64,000 nucleotides of DNA, taken from contig OY970296.1 in assembly GCA_963716175.1 (NCBI GenBank), forward strand, positions 3,648,001-3,712,000, read 5' to 3'. The translations under genes and the position numbers were made by a program. The stretch's first letter is position 1. The number at the start of each line of letters is the position of its first letter. Below, one piece after another: positions 10,513 to 21,595 of the stretch. Source of the DNA: an uncultured Armatimonadetes bacterium. Its GTDB lineage: Bacteria; Armatimonadota; Hebobacteria; Hebobacterales; Hebobacteraceae. Below the pieces are notes generated by a model. That model did no database searches and was not told the DNA's origin. It saw nothing but the letters and a program-made list of their open reading frames with translations.

Positions 10513-12190
10513 CTACATCTGCTCCGGCGCGGAGACACCCATGATACCCAGCACGATCCGCAGCACGGTGCGGGTGGCCTGCACCAACGCCAGCCGGGCC
10601 GCGGTCAGCTCCCGGTCATCGCCCAGCACGCGGCAGTTGGTGTAGAAGCCGTGGAAGACCGCGGCCAGCTCCCGCGCGTAGCGGGTCATGCGATGGGGCT
10701 CGTAGCGGGCTGCCGCCTGATCCACCTCGTCGGGCAGCTCGGCGAGCTTGCGCATCAGCGCCAGCTCATCCGGTTCCCCGAGCCGATCCAGGCTGGCCCG
10801 CGCGACGTCCGCGCCGGCCATCCCGCGCCCCTCGGCCTCCCGCAGGATGCTGCAGATGCGGGCGTGCGCATACTGAACGTAGTAGACGGGATTCTCGGCC
10901 GCCTGCTTCTTCGCCAGCTCCAGGTCGAAATCGAGGTGGCTGTCCATGGACTGCATCAGGAAGAAGAAGCGCGCGGCATCGTGACCCACATCATCCAGCA
11001 GCCCGGCGAGAGGAACGATGTCGCCGGCGCGCTTGGACATGCGCACCATCTCCGACCCGCGGAAAAGGCGCACGATCTGGTGGATGAGGATCTCGAACCG
11101 GGAGGGGTCATAGCCCAGGGCCTGCACCCCGGCCTTGGTCCGCTTCACATGCCCCTGGTGATCCGGCCCCCAGATATCTATCAAGTGCTCGAAGCCGCGG
11201 TCGAACTTGTTCTTGTGATAGGCGATATCGGCGGCGAGGTAGCTGGGCCGGCCGTCATTGCGCACCAGCACCTGATCCTGGTCGTCGCCCAGGGCAGTGG
11301 CGCGCAGCCAGAGCGCGCCATCCGCCTCATAGGTGTACCCTCTCGCCTTCAGCATCTCCAGGGCCCCGGTCACTTCATCGCTGGCGTAGAGGGAACTCTC
11401 CGCGAACCAGGTATCGAAGTGAACCGCGAAGGCGGCCATGTCCTGCTGGTGACTCTCGACGATCTTCTGCAGCGAGTAGTGGTAGAGCGCCGAGAGCCGA
11501 TCCTCCTGCGACATCGCCAGATACCGGTCGCCCTCGGCCTGCACCAGCTCTTCTGCCATCGTGATCACGTAGTCGCCCTGGTAGCCGTCCTCCGGGACCA
11601 CCGCCGGCCGCCCCAGGCGCTGTAGATAGCGCGCCTCCAGCGTCTCCGCGAACCGGCGGACCTGGGTGCTATTGGTGGCGTCGTTCACATAGTACTCGCG
11701 GGAGACCGCCCAGCCGGTGCGGGCGAAGAGGTGGGCCAGGGCGTCTCCCAGCGCGGCGGCGCGGCCCTGCACCACCGCCAGCGGCCCGGTGGGGTTGGCG
11801 CTCACGAACTCCAGCAGCAGCCTCCTGCTTCCGCCCACATTGGAGCGAGCGTAATCCTCGCCCTGCTCGCCGATCTGCCGTACCACTGCTCGCAGCCAGC
11901 TCGGGGCCAGAGTGAAGTTGATGAATCCTGGGCCGGCCACCTCAACCCGCTCCACCACTCCCTCAGGCAACTGAAGATGGCCCACGAGAGCTTCCGCGAT
12001 CTCCCGCGCTTGGCCTCCGGTCTGGCTAGCGACCACCATGGCAAGGCTGGTGGAGAAATCTCCATGGCGAGCGTCCCGCGGCGCCTGCAGGTCCACTGGC
12101 ACCGGCTCGGAGCCACGGGGTACCCGGCCCGCGGTCTCGCGCGCGCTCCAGCGCCTGGCCCAATGCTGTGGTGAGCAGCTCTCTCGCCAT
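10513..12190 (-). CDS. argS: Arginine--tRNA ligase (frameshift near 12139)
   Basis: HGDFST, EFVSANPTGPL, REYYVND, MSKRAG, NPVYYVQYAHAR, terminal SAPEQM. Natural N-terminus MARELLTTALGQALERA starts at 12190 in another frame. Confidence 0.95.
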
Positions 12191-12191
12191 T

Positions 12192-13373
12192 CTATCCTAT
12201 CCAGCGCGACCAAAGCGCGGCCAGCACAGGCCACCCATACTCGGCCAGGGCCGCCACCACCATGAACCCAGCGGCGACCTGCACGAAGCCAGCATTCCAG
12301 ACGCGCCGCATCGTGGTGCTGCGCACGGCCGGCTGGCTCCTGACCTGCGCCAGCAGCGCTTCCCCTGTCTTGATGGCCCCCTCTAACTGGCGATCAGTGG
12401 GGGGCCTGGTAGTCACCCAGCGCTGCAGCCCGGCCCCCACTCGCCGCCAGGTCAGCAGGATGATGGTCACCAGCGCCACCAGCGCCAGCGCCCGAGTCGC
12501 TTCGTCCACCGCCGAGTTCATGGAGGAGAAAAACTGCTCGCTGATCAACAGCAGAATCAGCAGCGCCATCAGGTTCGTCCCGCAGCGGGGGTGCACCCGG
12601 GGCATCGCCCTCACCTTCTCCGGAGTCAGGTCCTCTCCTTCCTCGATCGCATGCACCACCATGTGCTCGGCCGCGTGAATGCCGGTGAGCGGAGACAGCC
12701 GCAGCAGCAGCAGGAAGACCGCCATTTGCATGACGTAGGCTGTCAGCACTGCCGCCATCCCGGCGCTGCCGGGCGCTGCCACCCTTGGCGACGGCGCTGA
12801 AGCCAGCCACGCTCCGGCGAACTTCGCCAGGCCAAAGATGATGCTATAGGAGATCAGGTTGATGATCATCAAGGCCGCGCCAGTGGAGGCGAGGGAGAGG
12901 TTGCTGGCGCCTGCGCGGAGCGCACCGGTGGTGAGGTGAACTCCGAAGGGAGTGGCGAGGCCCGCAATGGGCGGAGGCGGGGGCTCTCCCACCAGCGCCG
13001 CCAGCAGGTCCCGGCGCAGCGCGATGCCCAGGTAACGGCCGTCCGCAGCGGTCACCGGGACGAAGCTCAGGTGCGTCTCCTGCAGGGCGCGCGCGATGCT
13101 GGCGATATCCTGGTGCTCGCTCACCACCAGCGCCACAGGCCGGGCCACCTGTCCCACCCGCACCTGGCTCGCCAGCGTCCCCGGATCGGGCGCTCCCGCC
13201 GCCAATGCCAGCAGATCGTCTTCGTACACCATGCCTGCCAATCGCCCCTCCTGGGCCACTGGAAGCGCGGGCAGGCCGCGCGCACGAAGCAGACGAATGG
13301 CCTTGGCGACGCTATCGTCCGCCATCAGCGGCGGTGCCGATCTGATCACATCCGGAAGCTCGCGGAGGGTCAT
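12192..13373 (-). CDS. CBS-pair + DUF1385 membrane protein fusion
   Basis: N-terminal CBS motifs ([16 protein letters not shown]); C-terminal [12 protein letters not shown] and RVHPRCGTN motifs; TM helices. Confidence 0.8.
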   Translation of the reverse strand: MTLRELPDVIRSAPPLMADDSVAKAIRLLRARGLPALPVAQEGRLAGMVYEDDLLALAAGAPDPGTLASQVRVGQVARPVALVVSEHQDIASIARALQETHLSFVPVTAADGRYLGIALRRDLLAALVGEPPPPPIAGLATPFGVHLTTGALRAGASNLSLASTGAALMIINLISYSIIFGLAKFAGAWLASAPSPRVAAPGSAGMAAVLTAYVMQMAVFLLLLRLSPLTGIHAAEHMVVHAIEEGEDLTPEKVRAMPRVHPRCGTNLMALLILLLISEQFFSSMNSAVDEATRALALVALVTIILLTWRRVGAGLQRWVTTRPPTDRQLEGAIKTGEALLAQVRSQPAVRSTTMRRVWNAGFVQVAAGFMVVAALAEYGWPVLAALWSRWIG

Positions 13374-13506
13374 CGGGGTGGTTGCTCAGGCTGTCATATG
13401 TGTGCTATCATACCATACCGCCGGGCAGCGCAGGTCCGCGACCTGCCACAAGCGGGCGTTCCTTGTCTGCCTCGCTGGGTGTGAACACCAATCGGGAGCT
13501 GTGCTA

Positions 13507-13698
13507 ATGGCCAGACGCTGTGAGATCTGTGGTAAAGGTCACCAGACCGGGATGAACGTGAGCCACTCCCACCTCCGCACCAAGCGGAGGTGGCTCCCGA
13601 ATCTGCAGCGGGTGAAGGTGATCCGGGAGGGGCGCCACATGACTCTGCGCGTCTGCGCAAAATGTCTCAAGGGCAACAAGGTGGTGCGCGCAGTCTAA
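13507..13698 (+). CDS. rpmB: 50S ribosomal protein L28
   Basis: [10 protein letters not shown]...[18 protein letters not shown]...CAKCLK. Confidence 0.97.
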   Translation: MARRCEICGKGHQTGMNVSHSHLRTKRRWLPNLQRVKVIREGRHMTLRVCAKCLKGNKVVRAV

Positions 13699-14483
13699 GG
13701 CTGTCTCCCACACCCTCGCTTCGACCTCTGCTTTCGGTCCTCTGCGGCGCTCGCTCCGGTGCCGGCGGCGTTTTCGACCTCCCGCCACAGGCTGGCCAGC
13801 TCGCCCTGGGTTAGCTCCCGCCATTCGCCCGGCCTCAGGCGGCCAAGCGTCAACGGGCCCACCCGCGTCCTCACCAGGGACACCACCGGGTGGCCCACCG
13901 CCTGCAGCATTCTCCGCACCTGGCGCTTGCGTCCCGAGTGAATGCTGAGCTCGACTCGCGAAGTCTGACCACCCGAGCGCAACACTCGCACCCGGGCGGG
14001 CCCGGTGGGGCCGTCTTCCAGCACCATCCCCTGCCGGAGCTGACTCAGAGCGCGCTGGGAGGCGCGACCTTTGACCTCCGCTTCGTAGACCTTCTCCACG
14101 CCATAGCGAGGATGGGTCAGCCGCAGCGTGAGGTCGCCGTCATTGGTGATGATGAGCAGCCCCTCGGTGTCTGCGTCCAGGCGCCCCGCAGGGTAGAGGC
14201 GCTGCCTCGGATTGCCGATCAAGTCCAGGACGGTCTGCCGGCCGCGACGATCCAGCGCGGTAGACAGCGGCCCTCGGGGCTTGTTGAGCAGCAGGTAGAC
14301 CCGAGGCTGTATCCGCAGAGGCCGGCCGTCCAACTCAATGCGCGCTACCTGGGGATCCACCGGCAGCGCGGGATTGGTCACCACCTCGCCATCAACAGAG
14401 ACTCGGCCCGTTCGGACCAGTTCCGTTGCCCTGCGGCGGGAGGCGGCGCCGGCGACGGCGACGATTTTTGACAAGCTTGGCAC
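13695..14483 (-). CDS. rluB: rRNA pseudouridine synthase (RluB/RsuA family)
   Basis: S4 domain, [27 protein letters not shown]; linked to scpAB. Confidence 0.85.
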   Translation of the reverse strand: MPSLSKIVAVAGAASRRRATELVRTGRVSVDGEVVTNPALPVDPQVARIELDGRPLRIQPRVYLLLNKPRGPLSTALDRRGRQTVLDLIGNPRQRLYPAGRLDADTEGLLIITNDGDLTLRLTHPRYGVEKVYEAEVKGRASQRALSQLRQGMVLEDGPTGPARVRVLRSGGQTSRVELSIHSGRKRQVRRMLQAVGHPVVSLVRTRVGPLTLGRLRPGEWRELTQGELASLWREVENAAGTGASAAEDRKQRSKRGCGRQP

Positions 14484-15660
14484 CAGCTCTAACCCCTACT
14501 GCCGCGCCTGCGAGAAAGGCCACCACCGGGACCGCCCAGGTCGCGGCCACCACCAAGCGCGATCGCATTACCTGCTCGCCAGCCAGCAGCTCCGACCTGG
14601 CAATTGCTTTTCCACCCGCCAGGATTCTTGCCTCTCCCACCACTGCTCGTCGGGCTACAGGCGCCGTCATGGGCTTCAGGCTGATCTGAAGCTGGCCGGC
14701 CGCGGGCAGGCCCGGCCCGACCACCTGGGCCAGCCCCTGCTGGCAGACGGCCGGAACCGAACCCTCTCGCCCGAATCGCACCGGGGCACGGCCCACCGCG
14801 TCCCCGCGCCGCGCGAACACGCGCTGCCGGTAAGCGGAAAAACCATAGTCCAGCAGGGCCAGCGCTTCCCCGTAGGTATCGGGGCTGTCGAGAACCACCG
14901 CAATGAGCTGCCATCCCTGCCTGGTCGCCGAGGCCACCAGGCACTGCCCGGACTCCCGGACATAGCCGGTCTTGACCCCGTCCACGTAGTCGGCGCGCCA
15001 GAGCAGTCTGTTGTGGTTCTGCAGGGTCTCCTTGCCGTTGACATCGGGCCGCGCCACCTCTGCCGTCTTCCGCCCCACCAGCTCGCGGAAGCGGTCGTAG
15101 TTCATCGCCTCTCGCGCGATCAGGGCGAGGTCATAGGCCGAGGAGTAGTGATCCGGGGCGTAGAGGCCGTGCGGGTTCACGAAGTGGCTATCCGCGGCGC
15201 CCAGTGATCTGGCCCGCTCGTTCATGAGCCGGGAGAAAGCGGTTACGCTTCCGGCGACGTGATCGGCGATGGCGACCGCGGCCCCGTTCGAGGATTTGAG
15301 CAGCAGCGCCGCGAGCAGGTCATCCAGAGTCATGCGCTCACCGGGCTGGAAGTCGAGGCCCGGGGATTTCACCTCGGTTGCGTCGGCGCCGATGGTGGCG
15401 TAGTCATTGAGATGGGCCGACTCGAGCGTCACCAGCGCGGTCATGATCTTGGTGGTGCTGGCCACCGGACGCCGCTGATGCATCGCCCGATCGCAGAGCA
15501 CAGCGCCGGTGGCCGCGTCCATCAGCACTGCGGCACTGGCACCAACAACCGGGGGCTGGCCTCGCGCCGGCGCCGCGATCGCCAGCGCGCAGAGCGCAAG
15601 CGCGAACGCCCGCGCGGTTGCCCGCCAGACGGCCGGCGGGCAGGCCTGCACCTGCTTCAT
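14392..15660 (-). CDS. D-alanyl-D-alanine carboxypeptidase (peptidase S11)
   Basis: Signal peptide; SxxK (STTK), SxN (SSN), NPHGL and KTG motifs; C-terminal TM. Confidence 0.92.
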   Translation of the reverse strand: MKQVQACPPAVWRATARAFALALCALAIAAPARGQPPVVGASAAVLMDAATGAVLCDRAMHQRRPVASTTKIMTALVTLESAHLNDYATIGADATEVKSPGLDFQPGERMTLDDLLAALLLKSSNGAAVAIADHVAGSVTAFSRLMNERARSLGAADSHFVNPHGLYAPDHYSSAYDLALIAREAMNYDRFRELVGRKTAEVARPDVNGKETLQNHNRLLWRADYVDGVKTGYVRESGQCLVASATRQGWQLIAVVLDSPDTYGEALALLDYGFSAYRQRVFARRGDAVGRAPVRFGREGSVPAVCQQGLAQVVGPGLPAAGQLQISLKPMTAPVARRAVVGEARILAGGKAIARSELLAGEQVMRSRLVVAATWAVPVVAFLAGAAVGVRAGAKLVKNRRRRRRRLPPQGNGTGPNGPSLC

Positions 15661-16346
15661 CCTGCCGACAGCTCCTGCGCCTCCGATCCAGTAGGTTCCT
15701 CGCCGCTCTCCGGCTCCCTGTCCGAGCGCAGCGATTCCGCGCCGGCGCGGGCCTCGGCCTCATCCACCGGAATGGTATCGAGCCGCGGCAGGTCCTGAAT
15801 GGTGTTCAACCCGAACTTGCCCAAGAAGTTGTCGGTGGTGCGATAGAGCACTGGGCGACCCGGCGCCTCTTTGCGCCCGGCCTCCTGCACCAACTCATAC
15901 TGAAGCAATGTGTCCAGCGGGGAGTCCGAGTTCACGCCCCGGATGGCGTCAATCTCCGGCCGAGTAACCGGCTGCTTATAGGCCACGATGGCCAGCGTTT
16001 CCAGCGCCGCGCGAGAGAGCCGGAAGCGCTCGGGGCGGTGCAGCCGGGCCACGTAACGGCCGTACTCCGGGCGAGTCGCCACCTGATACCCGCCGGCCAC
16101 TCGCTGCACCTGAAGGCCGCGATGGGCATAATCAGCCTCCAACTGCTGGGCGAGAGCGTCGGCCTGCGGTGGGGTGATGCCCAGAATCTCGGCCAGATCC
16201 TGGGCCGAGAGGGGTTCGGCGGCCACGAAGAGCACCGCCTCCAAAGCGCACAACTCTGCGGCAGGGCAGGGATTCCCGTTCCCACCACTTGCTGCCTCGG
16301 CGGGCATAGGCATGCCCGCCCCACAGTCCGGCCCTGGGTTGGTCAT
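15657..16346 (-). CDS. scpB: SMC-Scp complex subunit ScpB
   Basis: LEAVLFVA, LSRAALETLAIVAYKQPVTR, IRGVNS, GRPVLYRTT, DLP. Confidence 0.95.
   Translation of the reverse strand: MTNPGPDCGAGMPMPAEAASGGNGNPCPAAELCALEAVLFVAAEPLSAQDLAEILGITPPQADALAQQLEADYAHRGLQVQRVAGGYQVATRPEYGRYVARLHRPERFRLSRAALETLAIVAYKQPVTRPEIDAIRGVNSDSPLDTLLQYELVQEAGRKEAPGRPVLYRTTDNFLGKFGLNTIQDLPRLDTIPVDEAEARAGAESLRSDREPESGEEPTGSEAQELSAG
16299..16324 (-). repeat. REP hairpin variant in the scpB 5' end
   Basis: GTGGGGCGGGCATGCCTATGCCCGCC on the minus strand. Confidence 0.75.
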
Positions 16347-16388
16347 TCCGCCTCGGATACTCCCTCCGACTCGTGCTATGTGACGAAA

Positions 16389-17207
16389 CTACTCGGCAGG
16401 GCAGCAGTAGACTCGGATCTCTCCGAACGACCCCTCCTGCGCCACCCGCAGCCGCCGCAGGCGGATCAGCTCGAGCAGGGCGAGGAAGGTGACGATCACC
16501 TCCAGCCGAGTGGCGCTCTCGACGAACAGGTCCACAAACCTAATGCCTTCCTTCGCCCACCGAAGACGGGCCGCGATGGCCGCGATCTTCTGCGCCACCG
16601 TGAAGCGAGGGCGCGTCAGCTCCCCTGGACGTGGCTCCCTGACCCGGTTCAGCACGCTCTGGAAGGCCGCCCACAGGTCGAAAGGTGAAACCTCGTTCAG
16701 CATCAGGTAGGGGCGCTCGTGGCCGTTCCCATTCCCGTTTCCATTGCTCAACTCGCCGCGGGAGAACATCAACCGCTGGATCTCGGCCCGGGCGCGCAGC
16801 TCCTCCGCCACCAGCTTGAAGCGGCGGTACTCGATCAGCCGCGCCACCAGGGCCGCACGGGGATCGCCGACCTCCTCCTCTTCCGGTTGCGGCTGCTCCT
16901 GTCTCGGCAGCAGCAGGCGCGACTTGATCTCCAGCAACTGCGCGGCCATCACCAGAAACTCGCCGGCAACCTCGATGTTCAGGTGCTCCAGGCCGGCGAG
17001 ATAGCTCAGATACTGGTCGGTGATGTGCTCGATGGGGATATCGAAGATGTCGATCTCTTCCCGTTCGATGAGGAAGAGGAGCAGGTCGAGCGGCCCTTCG
17101 AAGATGGGGAGCTTCACCGGATGGCCGGTGAAAACCCGCTCCGGCGCGGTCGGCGTCGCCGCCCAGCCCTGGGCGGCGATCTCGGGGGCAATCATGGCCT
17201 TCTCCAC
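16389..17207 (-). CDS. scpA: Segregation/condensation protein A
   Basis: FEGPLDLLLFLI, EFLVMAA.LLEIKSRLLLP, FLALLEL. Confidence 0.95.
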   Translation of the reverse strand: MEKAMIAPEIAAQGWAATPTAPERVFTGHPVKLPIFEGPLDLLLFLIEREEIDIFDIPIEHITDQYLSYLAGLEHLNIEVAGEFLVMAAQLLEIKSRLLLPRQEQPQPEEEEVGDPRAALVARLIEYRRFKLVAEELRARAEIQRLMFSRGELSNGNGNGNGHERPYLMLNEVSPFDLWAAFQSVLNRVREPRPGELTRPRFTVAQKIAAIAARLRWAKEGIRFVDLFVESATRLEVIVTFLALLELIRLRRLRVAQEGSFGEIRVYCCPAE

Positions 17208-17318
17208 TGCCGCGATTTGTGTGGCTAGGCCCTTCGGGCCGCCACCCCGGCTGCCGTAGGCAGCCTAGGGGCTGTGAAATCTGCTTTGCTCGCTGCTGCT
17301 GGCCCCCAAGGGGGGCTT

Positions 17319-17422
17319 CTAATGATGTTCGCACCACGAAGTAATGTGCGAACATCGCCCTGTGCCTGTCTGGCCCGCTTCTTGAGCTTCGCCGTGTTAC
17401 TTCATTCGGCGAAGCTCCTTAG
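17319..17422. repeat. 104-bp double-hairpin element, copy 1
   Basis: Near-identical to 24192..24295; two perfect 11-bp stems; CTAA...TTAG ends. Confidence 0.9.
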
Positions 17423-17533
17423 ATATGCCTCATTCCGGCTGCGCTCTCCACCCCTGTAGGCCGGGCGTCCAGCCTTCGTAGCCGAAAGCACCTCGGCTGC
17501 TTGGGCGGAGTACACTACCCGTCCCCGCCGCGT

Positions 17534-18532
17534 CTACCGCAGCTTCATCGCCCGCCAGACCAGGTCCATCGTCTCCTCTGTCTTCTGCCGGGCGCGGCGC
17601 GCGCCTTCCTCCACGATGGCGTTCACCCGCGCTGGGTCGGCCGAGAGCGCGGCCCGCCGCTCCCAGAGCGGACCCAGGGCGCGGATCACGCTATCGGCGA
17701 GATGCTTCTTGTGCTCCACACAACCCAGTCGCCCGCCCTCGCAGTCCACCTTCGCCTGGGGTGCGTCTTCGGCCGAATAGGCGACATGATAGGCGTAGAC
17801 GGGGCACTCCAGAGGATGGCCCGGGTCGGCCTTGTGAATCTTGGTGGGATCGGTGAACATCCGGCTGACCTTCTGCCGCACCACCTCCGGCGTGTCTGCC
17901 AGGTAGATGCAGTTGCCATAGGACTTGCTCATCTTGCGCCCGTCCAGCCCTGGCAGCACGGCGAACTCGGTGAGCAGGGCTTCGGGCTCCGGGAACGTCT
18001 GCCCATAGAGCTGGTTGAAACGGCGCGCGATCTCCCGGGTCAGCTCCAGGTGGGGCACCTGATCCCGCCCCACTGGCACGGCGTGGGCGCGATAGACCAG
18101 AATGTCGGCGGCCATCAGCACCGGGTAGCCGAGCAAGCCATAGGAGGGGCTGACGATATGGAGTTGCTCTTTCTTCTCCTTGTAGGTAGGGACGCGCTCC
18201 AGCCAGCTCAGCGAGGTGATCATAGAGAGCAGCACGTGCAGCTCGCAGTGCGCGGGCACGTGAGACTGCACCACCACCGCGGTCTTCTCCGGGTCAATGC
18301 CCGCCGCCAGGTAGTCAATCGCCACCTCTCGCACGTACTCCAGCACGTTGCCGGTGTCCTCGTAGGCGGTGGTGAGGGAATGCAGATCCACGATGCCGGC
18401 ATAGAACTCGTATTCGTCCTGCAGGCGCACCCAGTTGCGCAGGGCCCCCTCCAGGTTGCCAAGGTGCAGCAATCCCGTGGCCTGCATGGCGCTGAAGATG
18501 ACCCTTCGCTCGCTTCTCGATCCGGCGGACAT
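17534..18532 (-). CDS. trpS: Tryptophan--tRNA ligase
   Basis: HLGN (HIGH), YPVLMAADIL, VPVGRDQ, KMSKS. Confidence 0.97.
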   Translation of the reverse strand: MSAGSRSERRVIFSAMQATGLLHLGNLEGALRNWVRLQDEYEFYAGIVDLHSLTTAYEDTGNVLEYVREVAIDYLAAGIDPEKTAVVVQSHVPAHCELHVLLSMITSLSWLERVPTYKEKKEQLHIVSPSYGLLGYPVLMAADILVYRAHAVPVGRDQVPHLELTREIARRFNQLYGQTFPEPEALLTEFAVLPGLDGRKMSKSYGNCIYLADTPEVVRQKVSRMFTDPTKIHKADPGHPLECPVYAYHVAYSAEDAPQAKVDCEGGRLGCVEHKKHLADSVIRALGPLWERRAALSADPARVNAIVEEGARRARQKTEETMDLVWRAMKLR

Positions 18533-18542
18533 GGCGCTGCTC

Positions 18543-19199
18543 TCAGCCGCCTCGCTTCCCCAGGTCGGCCTCGAACTCTGCCAGCGCGGCCTCCAGGTGC
18601 TGCTGCCGGATGGCATTGGTGAGATCGCCGCGGGTGCGCTCGATCAAGGATCGGGTCACGTCCGCAGTGCGCTTCAGACCGCCGGAGATAGCGGTCGGGT
18701 AATCGAAGGACACCATGGCGTAGTAGATCTCGTCCATCGCTCCCAGCAGTCCCTCTCCCCAGTGCATATCATTGGCGCGTATCCGATCGAGGGCGTGGCG
18801 CCGCAGCTCCCCCACCGCCTCGCCCATCCCGTTGAGGTAAGCCGCGTACCCCACTTTGATCTCGTCCGGGTCGGGCAGCGGTTCGCCGCGAATCAGCGCG
18901 TAGGTGATGTGAGCCTCCGCGTGCTCCTTCTGCGAGTCATGCACGAACCCGGCGTAGTAGACATCAGGGTGGTCCTTGAGCGCCCCGTCCACCTCCCGCA
19001 GCAGGCCGGCGCTCTGGTCCATCAGCCCCATGGCGTCCTCGAACTCGGCGCGGTGCACGGCCCGGATGGCGTTGGCGCTGTTTCGGATCACCTCCCGGGC
19101 GAGGACGAGAGCGCGCTCCCGCGCCGCATCCTTGGCCTCGAAGTTCTGGCGAATCCTCTCGCAAATGCCGCTCAGCTCTCGCAGCGCGCGCTCAGGCAT
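18543..19199 (-). CDS. Translin/TRAX-family protein (COG2178-like)
   Basis: DAARE..L..AREVIRNS..AI..VH, QKEHAEA, YLNGMGEAVGELRR and LKRTADVTRSLIERTRGD match the helical translin pattern. Confidence 0.85.
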   Translation of the reverse strand: MPERALRELSGICERIRQNFEAKDAARERALVLAREVIRNSANAIRAVHRAEFEDAMGLMDQSAGLLREVDGALKDHPDVYYAGFVHDSQKEHAEAHITYALIRGEPLPDPDEIKVGYAAYLNGMGEAVGELRRHALDRIRANDMHWGEGLLGAMDEIYYAMVSFDYPTAISGGLKRTADVTRSLIERTRGDLTNAIRQQHLEAALAEFEADLGKRGG

Positions 19200-19245
19200 C
19201 GTCTTACCTCCCGGGAATCTCCCACTAAAGGTGGTATCCCGCGTC

Positions 19246-20034
19246 TCAGGCGAGGTCGAGGCGCTGCAAGGACCGGAATCCCTCGCGCGCCACCACCACT
19301 GAGTCTTCCTGCCAGTAGCCCTCGTTGTGCAGCTCCAGGCAATAGTACCCGGAGTAGCCCTTCGACCTCAAGGCCGCCAGCAGCTCCTCCAGCGGCAGCA
19401 CCCCGGTGCCCGGGTAGACCCGGTGACGATTCTCCATCTCGTAGCGGGGCAGGGCCATGCAGTCGCTGAGCTGCACCAGTGATATCTTCTCCCCGGGCAG
19501 CGGCTCCAGCATATCCAGGCTGGAACCCCCCTGGTAGAAATAGAAGCTGTCTATCACCAGTCCACTGTTCTCCGCCTCCGCCACCTCCACGATCTCCCAG
19601 GCCGCGGCCAGGGTGTTCACCTGCTGGAACGAGCCCACGAACTCCAGACCCACCCTCACCCCATAGGGATGGGCGAGGCGGCACAACTCGTGAAACTGAG
19701 CGGCCGCGGTCAAGGGCTCGATCTCCCCGCTGGGAGGACAGGCGATCACCACCGCGCAGTCCAGGTTGGCGGCCAGCTCGAAGGCCTGCTCCGCCCGCGC
19801 CAGGGCCATCGTGCGCCAGGTGCGGTCCGGGTCCATCCATCCCGACAGTCCCGACAGGTCGGATACCCGGATGCCGCTCAGCCTCACCTCCTCCACCCCG
19901 GCCTCGCCTTGCTCCGCCATCTCGTCCCAGATCAAGCCTACCGCGCCAAACCCCGCGGTGCGAGCCGCGTACAGCTTCGCCTCCAGGGAGGCGGGCTGGA
20001 TGGTGGCGAGATGAAGGGAAGCCTTATTCGGCAT
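19246..20034 (-). CDS. Sugar phosphate isomerase/epimerase (xylose isomerase-like TIM barrel)
   Basis: GLEFVG, GLVIDSFYF, LVQLSD, RVYPGTG, GYYCLEL. Confidence 0.85.
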   Translation of the reverse strand: MPNKASLHLATIQPASLEAKLYAARTAGFGAVGLIWDEMAEQGEAGVEEVRLSGIRVSDLSGLSGWMDPDRTWRTMALARAEQAFELAANLDCAVVIACPPSGEIEPLTAAAQFHELCRLAHPYGVRVGLEFVGSFQQVNTLAAAWEIVEVAEAENSGLVIDSFYFYQGGSSLDMLEPLPGEKISLVQLSDCMALPRYEMENRHRVYPGTGVLPLEELLAALRSKGYSGYYCLELHNEGYWQEDSVVVAREGFRSLQRLDLA

Positions 20035-20650
20035 GCCTTCCCTTCTCCGTGCCGGCCCCGAGTTCCTGGTCGAGGATGAGCCGAAGCTGGCGCATGTCCG
20101 CCTCCAGCTCATCAACCACGCGGGCCTGATGCAGCGCCGCGGCCGGGTGATAGACGGGGACATAGAGGATGCCGCTCATGCGCCTGGGCTTCCCGTGCTC
20201 GCGGCTGATCGAGAGCTTCGGGTCAATCAGCGATTGGGCGGCGAACCGGCCCAGGGCGCAGATCACCTTCGGGGTGATGAGCGCGATCTGCGCGATCAGG
20301 TAATCGTGGCAGGCGGCGATCTCCTCAGGGCGAGGATCGCGGTTCCCCGGGGGCCGGCACTTCACCAGATTGGTGATGAAAACCTGGCGCCGATCGATGC
20401 GGATGCCACGCAACAGGTTAGTCAGCAGCTTCCCCGCAGTGCCCACGAAGGGCCGGCCTTGCTGGTCTTCCTCAGCTCCAGGGGCCTCGCCCACGAACAT
20501 CACCTGGGAATCCACCGAGCCTTCGCCCGGGACCGCGTTGGTGCGACTGCGGCAGAGCGCGCACAGGGGGCAGCGCCGGATCTGCGCATGCACCTCCTCC
20601 AGCGCCGCTTCCCGTTCTGTAGGGCGGGCATGCCCATGCCCGCCAGCCAT
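20024..20650 (-). CDS. Uracil-DNA glycosylase family 4
   Basis: [36 protein letters not shown]. Confidence 0.95.
   Translation of the reverse strand: MAGGHGHARPTEREAALEEVHAQIRRCPLCALCRSRTNAVPGEGSVDSQVMFVGEAPGAEEDQQGRPFVGTAGKLLTNLLRGIRIDRRQVFITNLVKCRPPGNRDPRPEEIAACHDYLIAQIALITPKVICALGRFAAQSLIDPKLSISREHGKPRRMSGILYVPVYHPAAALHQARVVDELEADMRQLRLILDQELGAGTEKGRHAE
20619..20644 (+). repeat. GTAG-type REP hairpin in the UDG 5' end
   Basis: GTAGGGCGGGCATGCCCATGCCCGCC. Confidence 0.85.
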
Positions 20651-20651
20651 G

Positions 20652-21533
20652 CTAGAGCAGCCCAAGCCCCCCCAGCTCCTCTCGCAGCACCGCGCGGCAG
20701 CGCTCCGTGGCCGGCAGCAGCGGCAGCCGCGTGCTTCCGCCCACCAGCCCCAGCATCTCCATCGCCGCTTTCACCGGGACCGGGTTGGTCTCCAGGAACA
20801 AGGCCTTGGCGATGGGCAGCAGGCGAAAGTGAATTTCGCGCGCCGCAGCCAACTCACCGGCCGCGATCAGGTCCACCATCCGGCGCCACTCCCCGGGGAG
20901 AATGTGAGCATCGGCAAGAATGCCTCCCACCCCGCCCAGGCAGCAGATGGCGAAGGTCATGTTGCCATCGCCGCTCAGCACCGCGAACCCCGGCGCCGTC
21001 AGGCGCAGGATCTCGTTGACCTGATTCAGGTCTCCGCTCGCCTCCTTGATGCCGGCAATGTTGGGCACCCGGGAGAGGGCGGCCACGGTCTCGGGCTCCA
21101 TGTTGACGCCAGTGCGCTTGGGGATGTTGTACATGACGATGGGAAGCGAGCTCGCCGCCGCCAGCCTGGTGAAGTGCTCTACCAGCCCGCTCTGCATGGG
21201 CCGGTTGTAGTAGGGGCAGATCACCAGCGCCCCATCCGCCCCCGCTTGCTCGGCGTGCTGCGTGAGGGCGATGGCCTCGGCGGTGCTGTTGGACCCCGTG
21301 CCGGCGATCACTGGCACCCGGCCCGCCGCGTGTTGCACCGTCAGCTCCACCACCCGGCGGTGCTCATCATGAGTCAAGGTGGCAGATTCGCCGGTGGTGC
21401 CACAGGGCGCCAGGCCGCTCGCCCCCTGCTCGATCAGGTAATCCAGGAGCTTGCGCAGCCCTGCCTCATCCACCCCCTGCGCCGAGAACGGTGTGATATT
21501 GGGAACGAATACGCCTCGCAGGTTCAAGGCCAT
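20652..21533 (-). CDS. dapA: 4-hydroxy-tetrahydrodipicolinate synthase
   Basis: [32 protein letters not shown]. Confidence 0.96.
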   Translation of the reverse strand: MALNLRGVFVPNITPFSAQGVDEAGLRKLLDYLIEQGASGLAPCGTTGESATLTHDEHRRVVELTVQHAAGRVPVIAGTGSNSTAEAIALTQHAEQAGADGALVICPYYNRPMQSGLVEHFTRLAAASSLPIVMYNIPKRTGVNMEPETVAALSRVPNIAGIKEASGDLNQVNEILRLTAPGFAVLSGDGNMTFAICCLGGVGGILADAHILPGEWRRMVDLIAAGELAAAREIHFRLLPIAKALFLETNPVPVKAAMEMLGLVGGSTRLPLLPATERCRAVLREELGGLGLL

Positions 21534-21595
21534 TCCTCTGACCCCCTGGTCGCCACTGAAGGCGGGCGTCGGCTGCCCGCCGACTTGATCGCGGG

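Noticed and set aside
14392-14483. 92-bp overlap of the carboxypeptidase and rluB with a poly-Arg tail
   Set aside because: The tail is simply the alternative reading of rluB codons after the TM anchor; no evidence of function.
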